Shown: one piece after another, positions 11,287 through 22,970 of the stretch | How the letters are laid out: the number at the start of each line of letters is the position of its first letter | Position numbering within the stretch: the stretch's first letter is position 1 | Assembly (NCBI RefSeq): GCF_030144855.1 | Contig: NC_082710.1 | Coordinates: forward strand, 142,042,001 to 142,106,000 | Reading direction: 5' to 3' | DNA length: 64,000 nucleotides | Source: Hypanus sabinus | Taxonomy: Eukaryota | Program-made: the position numbers and the translations under genes | The notes under the pieces: model-generated | Seen by the model: the letters and a program-made list of their open reading frames with translations, nothing else | The model's database searches: none | Told to the model about the DNA's origin: nothing

Positions 11287-12145
11287 TGTAACACCCTGGG
11301 AAAGGTTTCACTGCTAATGTAATGGTTTCTCTGTAGCAGCAGTGTTTGGATTATGACTAGAGATAATGGGGCTTTGGAATATGCGCCATCCAATGAAGGC
11401 AGTGTGTTGTTTTGTTCTGTGCCTGAGACCGAGGTGATCTGGGTCTTTTGTTCAGTGGAAGATGAAGAGAGAAGGTGCCAGAGAAGAGAGGTCGTAGTCA
11501 CCAGAAAGGAGTGGGCTTGGAATGGGTCTGGGGGTCGATGAAGCCTGGAGAAATCAATGGAGGACCAGTAGAAGGGAAGCATGAGCTCCAATGTGAACAT
11601 TAGACTGACTCATTAAAATGGGGCTTTTTCTTTTTGTTTTACTTTACTAACCCTTTAGTCAAATTAAGAATTACAAAGCTGAACTGTTTAATTGCATGTG
11701 GCGTACTGTCTGTTCATTTGTGGTGCTGATTTGTAACAGGGTAAAGGCTGATTTATACTTGTGCGTCACATCGATGTTGTAGGTAGCGCGTACCCTACGC
11801 AAATCGTCAAATCTACCTGCCAACATGCGAAAATGTTTGAAATGCATTCCTCGTCCATGTCTCTCATGAAGAAACTCAACACAGTGGCATAGAAACCCCA
11901 CCGCCAGCTAGCGTTTTGGTGCACGCAAACGCACGCTCTCTACAGCGTAGAGCGACGCAGAAGTGGAAATCAGAGTTACGGCATAGACTGCGGCATAGCC
12001 CGGAAGCACAAGTATAAATCAGCCTTAACACATCACGCAACATCCACACTAGCAGCAAGTTTTTGCACCTTAGATCTCACACATTTGGTGGGGCCAGAGA
12101 CCGTCTTCCCTAGACCAACGCCACCAGCCGAACCCGAGGGTTTCA
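11287..12145. mobile_element. Solo LTR (~575 bp net) carrying a MITE insertion
   Basis: TGTAAC...GTTTCA termini, 4-bp TSD TTAC (11283-86, 12146-49); homologous to 60506-61081 in the opposite orientation. Confidence 0.9.
11745..12025. mobile_element. PIF/Harbinger (Tourist-like) MITE, 281 bp
   Basis: Perfect 20-bp TIR AGGCTGATTTATACTTGTGC, TAA TSD (11742-44, 12026-28), CpG-rich; the paralogous LTR has the empty site. Confidence 0.93.
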
Positions 12146-12319
12146 TTACTCTGTACTGTAATACACACAATTCTGAATAATTTTGATCCGGATAACAGAT
12201 ATTTCAGGATTTTGATGTCTTTTGTCCACAGGATGCAAGGGCTCTGGAGAGGATCCTGACAGATGTCATCGACCTTCCGGTTGTGCCCTATGGTAGATTC
12301 TCATGTGCTGTTGTATCAA

Positions 12320-13165
12320 ACTTTGACCAGAGCACTTTTGGAGTATATCTGAAGTTCTGATTGCAGTTTTACAGGGAGGATGTGGGAGATTTAGAGAGGC
12401 CACAGAACAGGTTCAGCAGGGTGTTGCCTAGACTAGAGAGGATTAACCAAGAGAGAGTTTGGTTAAAATTGGATTGCTTAATCTAGAGCCTCAGAGGCGG
12501 AGGGGAAACCTGATACAAGTGCATCAACAATTATGAGAGGTATAGGGAGACACAGTCTTCTTCCAGAGGTAGAAATCTCAAAGGACATGGGCTTAAAATG
12601 AAAGGGAGAAATTTTAAAGATGATTAATGACTTACTTTTTGTCACAGAGAGCAGAAGGTGCCTGGTTGCTACTGGGAAAATGGTGGAAAAGGAGGTAGAA
12701 TAGCAACATGTAAGAGGGATTGAATGGCTGAATTACTTATTTGTTTGTTTAGTTATTTATAAATACAACACAGAACAGGACATTCGGGCTCAATGAGCTC
12801 CACTGCCCAGCAACCCACTTATTTAACCCTAGTCTAATCACAGGATGATGTACAATGACCAATTAACCCACTAACCAGTACAGCTTTGGACTGTGGGAGG
12901 AAACTGGAGCCTCCGGAGTAGGCCCATGCACTCACAGGAAGAATGCACAAACTCCCTTACAGAGGACGCTGGAATCGAACTCCAAACTCTGACACCCCAA
13001 GCTGTAAGAGCATAGCTCTAACTGCTATGCTGCCATGGCACCCCACTGTAGAACATGAATAAGGAATGGAAAGACGTAGATCATGCAGAGGCAGATAGGA
13101 TTACTTGAGGGTGGCACAGCCCCAGACGACTGATGGGCCTGCTTTAGGTTGGACTGTTCTATATT
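12320..13165 (+). mobile_element. Decayed CR1 3' fragment, split by a SINE
   Basis: ttggagtata...agttctg, ttagagagg...caggttcagcagg, attatgagaggtatagg; the tail resumes after 13045. Confidence 0.7.
12735..13044 (-). mobile_element. tRNA-derived V-SINE (HE1-like)
   Basis: V-domain tgtgggaggaaactggagcctccggag, B-box-like ggaatcgaactcc, CR1-like tail aacaggacattcgggctcaa and (ttta)n. Confidence 0.82.
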
Positions 13166-13444
13166 TCAGCAATACTGTAAGAGGTCACTTGTGTCTGGTC
13201 ATATCTCAGCTGACATTCTGAAGATGATTTTCAAATGGAAAATAATTCCAATTTGGAATGACCAAACACTGCACTTAATTTACATCAGACAATCTAGCCT
13301 CTTAGGGATTCAGCATTCTTTCTTTAGAATGCCAGCACCAAGATTGGCATATAGTTTCACCAATCAAAGAATGGCCTGAGTGGTGATCATTGAGTTCTCA
13401 TTACTTTAGTTCTTCATTCATAGAATCCAAATGGTTCCTGACAA

Positions 13445-13756
13445 TGCTGGCATTTATTCTTCAACTCTAATTGCCCATAACCTAAGGTCAGGGTAGATGT
13501 GGGGATAGTAATGGGCTAGACTGAGTTATGATGGTTGATTCCCTATCCTGATTGTTATTAGCTGAACCACACGGGGCTTTGTAATAATCCAGTAATTTCA
13601 TGCCGACTGCAAGGTTTTTGAATCCTTTTCCAAATTTTAATTACTTGGACTCGAAATATCCAGTTAGCGTGCTGGGATTTGAACTCATGTCACTGTATCA
13701 TTGATGCAGTCTTCTAGTGACGAGTTTAGCAATTCAACCAAGATGCCACCGTTCTC
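13445..13756 (-). mobile_element. Old tRNA-headed SINE, second family
   Basis: B-box-like gggatttgaactc at ~13675; tail gcatttattcttcaactctaattgccc matches the reverse complement of the LINE tail at ~16185-16215. Confidence 0.6.
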
Positions 13757-13789
13757 ATGAATATGTAGCCAGGCTGTCTAAAATAAGGT

Positions 13790-14440
13790 TCAGCAGATGG
13801 TCTGCTACAGCATTTCAAATGCTCAAGAACGTACGAAGCTGCAGAGAGTAGTGGACTGAGCCCAGTGCATCACCGGCAAATCCCTCTCCATAATCAATAG
13901 TATCTATCAGCAAAGATCCCCATCATCCAGGCCATGCTATTTTCTCACAGCTAACATCAGGCAGGAGGTACAGAAACCTGAAGTCCCACATTACCAGTTT
14001 CAAGACCAGCTACTTCTCTTCAGCCACTGACAAAACCATGATCTCTGAAGTTTAGCAACACTGTGAACACCTTGAGCAACACAAACAAGGTCTTGGAAGA
14101 AGTCAGCAGGTCAGGCAGCATCTGTGGAGGGAAATAAATAATTAATATTTCCCTCCATTGACGCTACCTAACTTCCAGAGTTCCTCCAGCATTTTGTGTG
14201 TGTTACTCAAGATTTCCAACATCTGCAGAATCTCTTGTGACTATGATCACCTTGATCACTTTGCACTAAAATGGGCATTTTTTCTTCTGTGTTCTTTCCT
14301 GTAAAATTTATGTTTTCCTTATGAATGCTGATTGTCTGATGCTATGTATTGTTCCTATGATAATGCTCAAGTAAGTTTTTCATTGCACACTTGCATACAT
14401 GTACTTGTGTATATGACAATAAATTCAACTTTGACTTTAA
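13790..14440 (+). mobile_element. Rex1/Babar 3' fragment containing a Penelope-derived fold-back
   Basis: aagctgcagagagtagtggac (KLQRVV), caggcaggaggtacagaaacctg, tail gacaataaattcaactttgact. Confidence 0.75.
14075..14240. mobile_element. Short fold-back element from Penelope terminal repeat
   Basis: Inverted arms ggaagaagtcagcaggtcaggcagcatctgtggagggaaata / tatttccctccattgacgctacctaacttccagagttcctcc. Confidence 0.7.
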
Positions 14441-14745
14441 ACACGAAGTGATTGACATGGCAAATTTCCTAAATAACAGCCAAGGTACATGGTCAGTATT
14501 TGCTAATGTATGGGATTTCACTATGCATATGTTACTTAGCCACATTCCTGTGCATTTAAAGTATTTTGAGTTTCAGATCTTTAGGAAGTTCAAGCTTACA
14601 TCAAATCATGCCTTAATGTTCTAAAGTAAGGACATGTTCAGCATAGCTTTGTGGGCCGAAGGGCCTGAATTGTGCTATAGGTTTTCTATGTTTCTATGAT
14701 GTGATTCTGTACTGACATTGCTAATTTTGGGATCGCTCCCTGGAT

Positions 14746-15352
14746 AATTGAATTGAATTGACTTTATTACTTACATCCTTCATATATATGAGGAGTAAAA
14801 ATCTTTATGTTACGTCTCCACCTAAATGTGCAATGTGCAATTTATAGTAATTTGTAATAAATAGTATGTACAACAGGACAGTCACTGTAACATAGAGTAC
14901 ACTCAAATCAGCCTGAGTTCATCAGTCTGATGGCCTGGTGGAAGAAGCTGTCCCAGAGCCTGTTAGCCCTGGCTTTTATGCTGCAGTGCCATTTCCCGGA
15001 TCTCAGCAGCTGGAACAGTTTGTGGTTGGGGTGAGTTGGGCTTCCAATGATCTTTTGGGCCCTTTTTACACACCTATCTTTGTAAATATCCTGAAAAGTG
15101 GGAAGTTCACATCAACAGTTGTGCAGGGCTGTCCACACCACTCTCTGCAGAGTCCTGCGACTGAGGGAATTAAGTTCCCATACCAGGCAGTGATGCAGCC
15201 AGTCAGGATGCTCTCAATTGTGCCCCTGTAGAAAGTTCTTAGAATTTGGGAGGCCATACCAACTTCTTCAACTGTCTGAGATGAAAGAGATGCTGTTGTG
15301 CCTTTTTCATCACACAGCTGGTATGTATAGACCACGTGAGATCCTTGGTGAT
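14746..15352 (-). mobile_element. Rex1/Babar 3' fragment
   Basis: ORFs 15066-15335 (ILRTFYRGTIESILTGCITAWYGN) and 15239-15451 (ITKDLTWSIHT...KKAQQHL); (attga)n tail. Confidence 0.88.
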
Positions 15353-15389
15353 GTAAGAAATTGCCAAATGAATTGCAAAATTCTTAAGA

Positions 15390-16245
15390 AACAACACTAT
15401 ACAAGACAAAGCAGCCCACTTGATCAAAGCCCCATCCACCTCTTTAAACATTCATCCTTTGATTCATGGTGCAGTGTCTGCTATCTACACCAGCTACAAA
15501 ATATACTGGAGATACAAGAGACTTCCATCGATGAAGTCTGGAGCAGCCAACAATCTGATGGAAGTATGCAGCAGGTCGGCAGCAACTGTGCAAGGAGGGG
15601 AACTGTTGATGTTTCAGGTCAAAACTGTATATCAGGACTCTTTATAACCTACACAAAGGATTTTGCCAATGCTGAAAATTTACAGCAACACAGGCAAAAT
15701 GCTGGAGGTCAGGCAGCATCTATAGAAATGAATAAATAATCGATATTTCGGTCCAAGACGCTACTTCAGGACTCTATACCATGCCTCCATTTGTGTTGTC
15801 ACTTTCAGCGAGCAATGGACTTGCACCCCAATTTTCCTTAGTATATCAATTCTCTAAGTATCCAAGTGTACTTTCAACTTGCATTTGACCATGCTGACAA
15901 TTTCCTTTCTCCTACAGATATTGCTCAGCATGCTGAGTTCCTCCAACAGTTTGTTTATTGCTATAAAATACACTACATTTACTGATTTAAGCTACTCAGA
16001 CAGAATCTCCCAGATCTGTGACCTGGACCAGCTAGAAATACAAGGGCGGGAGGTGCAGGTTCCCCTCCAAGTCATGCACCATCTCAACTACGAAAATACA
16101 TTGTTCCTCGGACTAAATCCTGGAACTCCCTTCCTAGTAGCACATTAAAAAGACTTCAGTGACTCAGAAGGTGTTTGTCTGAAAGATAATAAGAGATGTG
16201 CAATAAAGTTGGATTTGCCAGCGATGCTACGTACCCAAGAAATTA
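15390..16245 (+). mobile_element. Old CR1/L2-clade LINE 3' end, split by Penelope-derived pieces at ~15505-15960
   Basis: caagacaaagcagcccacttgat (QDKAAxLI), aaatcctggaactcccttcct (KSWNSLP), caataaag...gccagcgatgc tail. Confidence 0.6.
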
Positions 16246-16319
16246 AAACAATCACTAACTTTACCTTTATGAAAGTGTGCCTTTATAGCAAGTGTCATTA
16301 GATAATATGGCATTAGTAT

Positions 16320-16564
16320 TGTGGTGAACTACATATACCTGTCTGGACACGCTCCCCCCCCCCCACCCCCGCTGACTGCTCTTGTGGCTCCTCCCACTGA
16401 CCGTGGCTCCTCCCACAGACCCCGGTATAAAGGCGATTGGAGCCTGGGCCCTGCCCTCAGTCTCCAGGATGTAGTATGGTGGTCAATTGCTGCTTTTTCT
16501 TTCTTCCAGCCAATAAAAGCCAATATCTCGCCTCACATCTCGGAGAGTTATTGGTGGTGCATCA
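16320..16564 (+). mobile_element. Solo LTR (245 bp) with 5-bp TSD
   Basis: TG...CA termini, TSD AGTAT (16315-19, 16565-69), TATAAA at ~16426, AATAAA at ~16512. Confidence 0.9.
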
Positions 16565-17154
16565 AGTATCATTAGTGTTTCACCCATCTGTAGATACCTT
16601 TGTACATATTTACTTAATGGACTGAGAGTTTGGTTAGAAACTTCCCGTTCTTGTTGTATGCCCTTGAACCATTGGTAATGCCTCAAAATCAAAGATGTGG
16701 CTATCCCTCCACTCTACTACAAATGGCAGACTTTGAACTTGCATATAATTGCAAATGGCTTGGTATCTTCTGTAGCAAATTGTTCATTAATCTTCCCACT
16801 TCAGTCTTGAGAGAAAACAGTTGGTCTCATTAAAAATTTCCGTGAAAGATGCAAGGGTAGGGAGTTTATAGAAATCCACCAATGAAATTGAATTTTACTT
16901 CTGGATTTTTAGTTAAAAGACTTGTTAAATTGTAGCAAAACCAATATTGCCATTGGGAAATGATACTGCCAATCAAGACACCAACTCCACAGTTTGTGTC
17001 ATTTGCTTACTGGAGGTGAAGTGCCATGAAGTGCTGGGCTTTTTCAGAATGACAGGGAGTGAACATGAATTCAGCAATTTAAATCCCAAGAACAACCAAC
17101 CCAGCTCACTCACTTTCAGTTCCCAGAAATATTTCTCCTGCTGTTGTAACTAAG

Positions 17155-17632
17155 ATAAGAAATCAGTATCCATCATCAAGGAACCCCACCACCTAGAACA
17201 TGCTCTCTTCCCACTGCTGCCATCAGGAAGAAGGTACTGGGGCCTCAGGATTCAAACCACTTGGTTCAGGAACAGCTTGTACCTCTCAGCCATCAGGGTC
17301 TTGTACCAAAGGAGATAATATCACTTAACTTCACTTGCCCCATCATTGCAACGTTCCCACAACCTATGGACTCACTTTCAAGGACTCTTCATCTCGTGTT
17401 CTCAATGTTTATTGTTTATTTATTATTATTATTTCCTTCTTGTTATATTTGCACAGTTTGTTGCCTTTTGCACCCTGGCTGAATGTTCAAGTTGGTGCAG
17501 TCTTTCATTGATTCTATTATGGTTATTATTCAATTATGGAGTTAGTGAGTATGCCTGCAAGAAAATGAATCTCAGGGTTGTATATGGTGACATATATGTA
17601 CTTTGATAATAAATTAAGATTGAACTTTGAAC
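17155..17632 (+). mobile_element. Rex1/Babar 3' fragment
   Basis: ctgctgccatcaggaagaaggtac (LLPSGRRY); 3' UTR ending aatctcagggttgtatatggtgacatatatgtactttgataataaa. Confidence 0.85.
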
Positions 17633-17659
17633 TGAAATGCCAAGCAATGAATGTTCTTC

Positions 17660-20507
17660 TACCCAGCATCTTGTTAGCAAAAGTACAGTTGCTGGAGAAC
17701 AAAATTGAAGACTAAGGGCAAGATTACTGTATTGGAGGGAAATGAGGAATTGCTGTCTTCTCTCCTTCACAGAGTCATGGCTCACTCTGAACAGACCAGA
17801 TCCAGCAATCAAACCTGAGGGCTTGTCGATGCACAGGATGGACTGACCTGCTGATTCAGAGAAGGCAGAAGGTTCCATGGTAAACCCTGTGGTACTTGGA
17901 CACACTCTTGTTTCCCCCATCCTAGAACAACTAATGATTAACTGTTGACCATTCTATTTACCAAGAAAGTTCTCCTCCATGATCTTGACAATGGGTTACA
18001 CATGGCCAAAAGTCAATGTTAACCAGGCTCTCGTGATATTGAAATCTGCCATCACCAAGCAAGAAATAGCCTACCCTCAAGAATTTCAAATTGCTTGATG
18101 AAATCTCAGCCCAATTATCATGAGCATTTAACCTGAACCACTGGTGGTCCCAACACACTCTGATTTACCTCAATTAGGAAAGCCTACCATTCCATGTCTA
18201 GAACACATTTCATGAAATCTGATCACTTGGCTGTCCTTCTCCTACCTCCACACAAGCAGAGGCTAAAGAGCACGACTCCAGAGGTAAGGATAACAAAGAG
18301 GTGGTTAGAAGAGGGAGAGGGGCAGCCACAGGATCACTTCAAGTTGGTGAACTCAAGAACTCACCAGAAGATCTGAAAGAATGCATCTTGATTGTCACAA
18401 CGTTTATCAAAACAATCGTTGTTGAGTGTGTCCCCACATAACCATTCAGTCTTCCCAACCAGAAGCCCTGGATGAGCCATGAGATAAGCAGCCTGCTGGA
18501 GGCCAGATCAACAGCATTCAGGTCTGGTGACCAAATGGAATACAAGTGGCCCAGGTACAGTCTCAGGAAAGCTACTTCACGTGCTAGATGGCAACTCTGG
18601 ACCAAACTCGAATGCATGACAGCTGTGGCAAGGCTTGAGTTTATTACCTCTTACATAGTGAAACCAAGTGAGACAGGTAGCAACAAAGATTCACTTCCAG
18701 ATGAGCACAGTGTCTCTTTGCCCTCACTTTGACCACCAAATCTTAGCGGAACCTTCATGAACTTCCAGAGCCCCCGATGACCCTGTGATTTCACTTGCTG
18801 AGAGTGACATGAGAGCATCCTTCAGGAGAGTGAACCCACAGAAACCATCCGACGCAAGTGGGGAACCCGGTCGAGTACTAAAGGCCTTTGCTGAACCAAC
18901 TGGCTGTGGTGTTCATGAATATCTTTATTCTCTCGCTTCAGCTGCCTAAGGTACCCACATGCATCAAACACGCTTCAGTTATAGTCTAAGATGAACGTGT
19001 TAACATGCCTCAATGACTGTCATCCAGTAACACTTACATCCAAAGTGATGACGTGCTTTGAGAGGTTGATGATAAAACATAGCAACTCCTGCCTGAGATG
19101 CAACTTGGATTCACTCCAATTTGCCTACTGGAGCAACATATCCACAGCAGATGTCATTTCATTGGCCCTTCACTCAATCCTTGAATACCTGGACAACAAA
19201 GGTGCATACATCAGGATCATCTTTATTAACTACAACTCAGGATTCACCACTGCCATCCTCTCAAAATTAATCAATAAGCTACAAGTCCTTGGCCTCAATA
19301 CTTCCCTGTGCAATTGGATCCTCTTTTTCATTATTTGCAAACTACAGGCAGTTCAGATTGGCGACAACATCTCCCCCACAATCTCCATCAGCACAAGTAC
19401 ACCACCCCCTGCTCTACTCACTTTATAATTATGACTGTGATTCTAGGCACAGCTCAATGCCAAGTTCAAGTCTGCTGACAACACCACTGTCATTAGTCGA
19501 ATCACATGTGGCTGATGTGATCAACAACACATCAACAACCTTTCACATAACGTCAGCAAGAGCAAGGTGCTGATTATAGACTTCAGGAGGAGGAAACCAG
19601 AGGTCCATAGGTCATCAGGGGATCAGAGGTGGAGAAGGTCAGCAACTTTAAATTCCTCAGCTTTATCATTCCAGAGGATCTGTCCTGGGCCTAGCACATA
19701 CAATTACAAAGAAAGAAGCACGGCAGAATTCCTTCAAAGTTTGTGAAGGTTCAACAGGACATCTAAAACTCTAGATATGTGGTGAACAGTTTATTGATTG
19801 GTTGTATCACAACTTGGCATGGAAACACCAACACTCTTGAATGGAAAATAATATAAAAAGTCATGGATACAGCCCAGTCCATCATGGGTAAAGCCCCCAC
19901 CCCCACCACTGAACACATCTATATGAAACGCTGTCACAGGAAGGCACCAATCATCTTCAAAGTCCCCAACATGTTGTTGCTGCTGCCGTCAGGAAGAGTG
20001 TATAGGAACCTCAGGACTCACACTACTACCATGTTCAGGAAGTTATTAACTCTCACCATCAGGCTCTTGAACCAGAAGGGGTAACTTTACTCATCTTCAC
20101 TCGCCTCATCACTGAACTTTTCTCACAAACTATGGACTCACTTCCAAGGACTCCTCATCTCATGTTCTCGACATCTGCTGCTCTTTTTTTCTTTCTCTTT
20201 TGTATTTGCACAGTTTGTTGTCTTTTGTACATCAAAAGTTTTTCTGTCTGGATGGGTGCAGTCTTTCATTGATTCTATTGTGTCTCGTGAATTTACTGTA
20301 ATTGCCAGCAAGAAAACTACAGGTATATGGAGGAATTTCAGGTGGGGTTTATATGGGAGGCCGGATTTAAGGGTCGGCACAACATTGTGGGCCAAAGGGC
20401 CTGTACTGTGCTGCATTATTCTATATTCTATGTTCTAAAACAAATCTCAGGGTTGTATATGGTGACATCTGTGTATTTTGATAATACATTTGCTTTGAAC
20501 TTTGAAC
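17660..20507 (+). mobile_element. Near full-length decayed Rex1/Babar LINE (AP endonuclease + RT)
   Basis: Starts SILLAKVQLLENKIED...FTESWL (APE N-terminus); SDHLAVLLLP (18194 ORF); PNQKPWM; RT ORF 18991-19428 (CLNDCHPVTLTSKVMTCFERL, LQFAY, LCNWIL); ends in (ttgaac)n; a CR1 tail is inserted at ~20320-20436. Confidence 0.9.
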
Positions 20508-20739
20508 TAGGCAGCTTGTGGTTCATAACCACACATATTGATCAGGGAGAAAAGTGTACACAGCTCTGACACAACCACAGCCATAGGAACAGAGGCTTGT
20601 GGGGAGGTGATAGCACTACTGAGTGGCTCCAAATATCCACAGACATCCTGATATACACACACATCTATACACAAATGTACTCCTCCCTCACACACAAATG
20701 CACTCTTCTACACATGCTGTGTATTTCCATGCATAATCA

Positions 20740-21111
20740 GAGCTAGTTTTATTATCCCTAGCATTTGTGGTGGAATTTGTTGTACTATGGCAACTGTACG
20801 GTGCAAAAACATAAAAATCACCATGATGCAAAACTAACTAAATAGTGCAAAAGAGGATTAATGAGGTCGTGTCCACAGGTTAATGGACCATTCCAAAAGT
20901 TGATGGCGGAGGTGAAGAGTTGTTTCTGAATCGATGAGTGTGGGTCTGCAGGCTCCAGTACCTCCTCCCTGATGGCAGAGGGCACGAGAAGAGGGGATGT
21001 CTAGGATGTTGAGGGTCTTTGAGGGGATGTTGATGCTGCCTTCTTGAGGCACAAGCTCTACTAGATACACTCAGTGGTGGGGAGGGTGGTGTCCATTATG
21101 GAGCTGGCTGG

Positions 21112-21112
<1 letters not shown>
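20740..21112 (-). mobile_element. Rex1/Babar 3' fragment
   Basis: gtacctcctccctgatggcag, gatgctgccttcttgaggca, gtccattatggagctggctg. Confidence 0.75.

Positions 21113-21113
<1 letters not shown>

Positions 21114-21195
<82 letters not shown>
21114..21195. repeat. (CA)n microsatellite, about 41 units with one interruption
   Basis: Direct reading. Confidence 0.98.
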
Positions 21196-21198
<3 letters not shown>

Positions 21199-22539
21199 AC
21201 ATGTACAGACACATGACCCTACTCACATTATCTCGTGCACACAAATATGCACCCCTACAGGCAAACATTGAACCTGTGCAAACACGAGGAAATCTGCAGA
21301 TGCTGGAAATTCAAGCACATTTTGTTACACCCCTCCCATATAGATGCAAAAACTTTCCTGTGCACCCAAACACAATCCCCTGCCCACTCACCACCACATT
21401 CCCTATACAGAAACACATATTACTGCACTCAATCCCTATATTCAAATGCTCACTTTTGTTCAAACACTGCTCCCTCCCAACACTACCCTTAACCTACAAA
21501 CCTTGCCCCCAACCCCTGCCACACTCCTAAACACACAAATCCACACTCTCTCCTCCTTAGCACACACAGCCCACTCAATGCCAAAACTGTTCCGACACAT
21601 AAAGTTCTCATCCTTATTGGTGCTTTAAATTGTCTTTATTAGCCACTGTTGCACCATCATGTATAAAATATGTTACCTCAATATCCAACCTGTAACACAT
21701 TTTATTTCAGAATAAAATCTTTGCAAGGAACAAAATCAAATACCCTGGCATATTTCTTTGACATTTTCTCATTTCCATTATGATCCCAGCTCTTTGAAAC
21801 TCATAGGAGCTGCAGAAACTCTCTGTAATATCACCACTGCCTTCTCCATATCACAATAGTTTATTTTGTGTGCTGGTATGAATTCCCAAAATAGTGTTCC
21901 TCTGGTTAATAAACAGCTATGTTTTCTTTGTTCACACAGACTCAAACTCTGCATCTTTTCAAATAATAATCTGGAAAAAAAAATAATAACTGTATCTAAG
22001 GAATTGGTTGGGACTGCAGAATGCTCTAATTGGATTAGTTATCTGGATGGCTATCGACTGGAGCTTCGCACTGTTCCTCCAGAGAAAAGGGATTACCGAT
22101 CAAAGAATATGAGAAAATTTTAAACCTTTAAGCAACAATGATTTGCAGAGAGCTGACTGAATTAGAGCACACAGGTGAACTATTTTCTTGGATGTTTCAT
22201 CCATCGTTATCACAATCGTGTGACAGTTTTAAATAACAAAAGGCTATTAAGGCCAAGGATCAATAAAAGCCACTTTACCAGTGGAAAGTGTAGTTCCAAT
22301 AAACGCTCACCATCCAGACAAATATTCAAATCAGTTTTTATTAAATGAAAGCCAAAATAATGAAGGTACTGATAATCTGAAATGAACACAGAAAAGGACT
22401 AAAAACACTCAGCAGGTTAGACAGTATCTGAGAGAGAGAAGCAGATTTAATAGTCCTCTGAAAAGTATCTGTTTAAGGAAGGAAGATGCCATCCAATGAT
22501 GTGAAATCTAAACACAAGCACCCCTACTCACCATCAGGA

Positions 22540-22710
22540 TCAGTTGTGACTCATTGTTAGACACTTAGATCTGACTTAGAAGATTGTTAACTCAAATCCC
22601 ACTGGAGGAACTAAGTAAGAAAATGTTGGGAAGACCTTCCTTCAAATGAGATGTTAAACCAGAGCTCTTCCTACATAATGTGGACCCTTTGGACTATTTC
22701 AAAAGCATGT
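22540..22710 (+). mobile_element. Ancient DeuSINE-like remnant
   Basis: tagaagattgttaactcaaatcccact (tRNA B-box-like) and ttcaaatgagatgttaaaccagag (Deu core-like). Confidence 0.5.
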
Positions 22711-22714
22711 GAGT

Positions 22715-22970
22715 TCAATTATGAGGGCATAGATAGGGTATTAGAGTAGGAAACTTTTTCCCAATCCAGAACCACAAGGCATTGGATTAGGGTAAAGGGT
22801 GAGGGGTTGAGAGGAGATTTGAGGAAAGTCTTTTTCATGCAGAGTGGCTGGAATCTGAAGTGTGCTGTCTGAGGGATTAGAGGGGAAAGGTACGATTACA
22901 ACAGTTAAGAAGGCTCAGGACTTCAATTGCCAAGGCAGAGGGCTGCAGAGCAAGTGCTGGTAAATAAGAT
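22715..22970 (+). mobile_element. CR1 3' fragment
   Basis: attatgagggcatagatagggt...ttttcatgcagagtggctggaatctg. Confidence 0.7.

Noticed and set aside
11283-11600. Duplicated gene pair (ORFs at 11283-11600 and 60748-61223 share peptide similarity)
   Set aside because: Both lie in copies of the same solo LTR, and the frames are not preserved between copies.
12960-13044. tRNA gene
   Set aside because: The A/B-box-like sequence is the head of a V-SINE and runs into the V-domain; no cloverleaf is evident.
21074-21628. His/Thr-repeat and neighbouring ORFs
   Set aside because: These are translations of the (CA)n microsatellite and adjacent CA-rich sequence.
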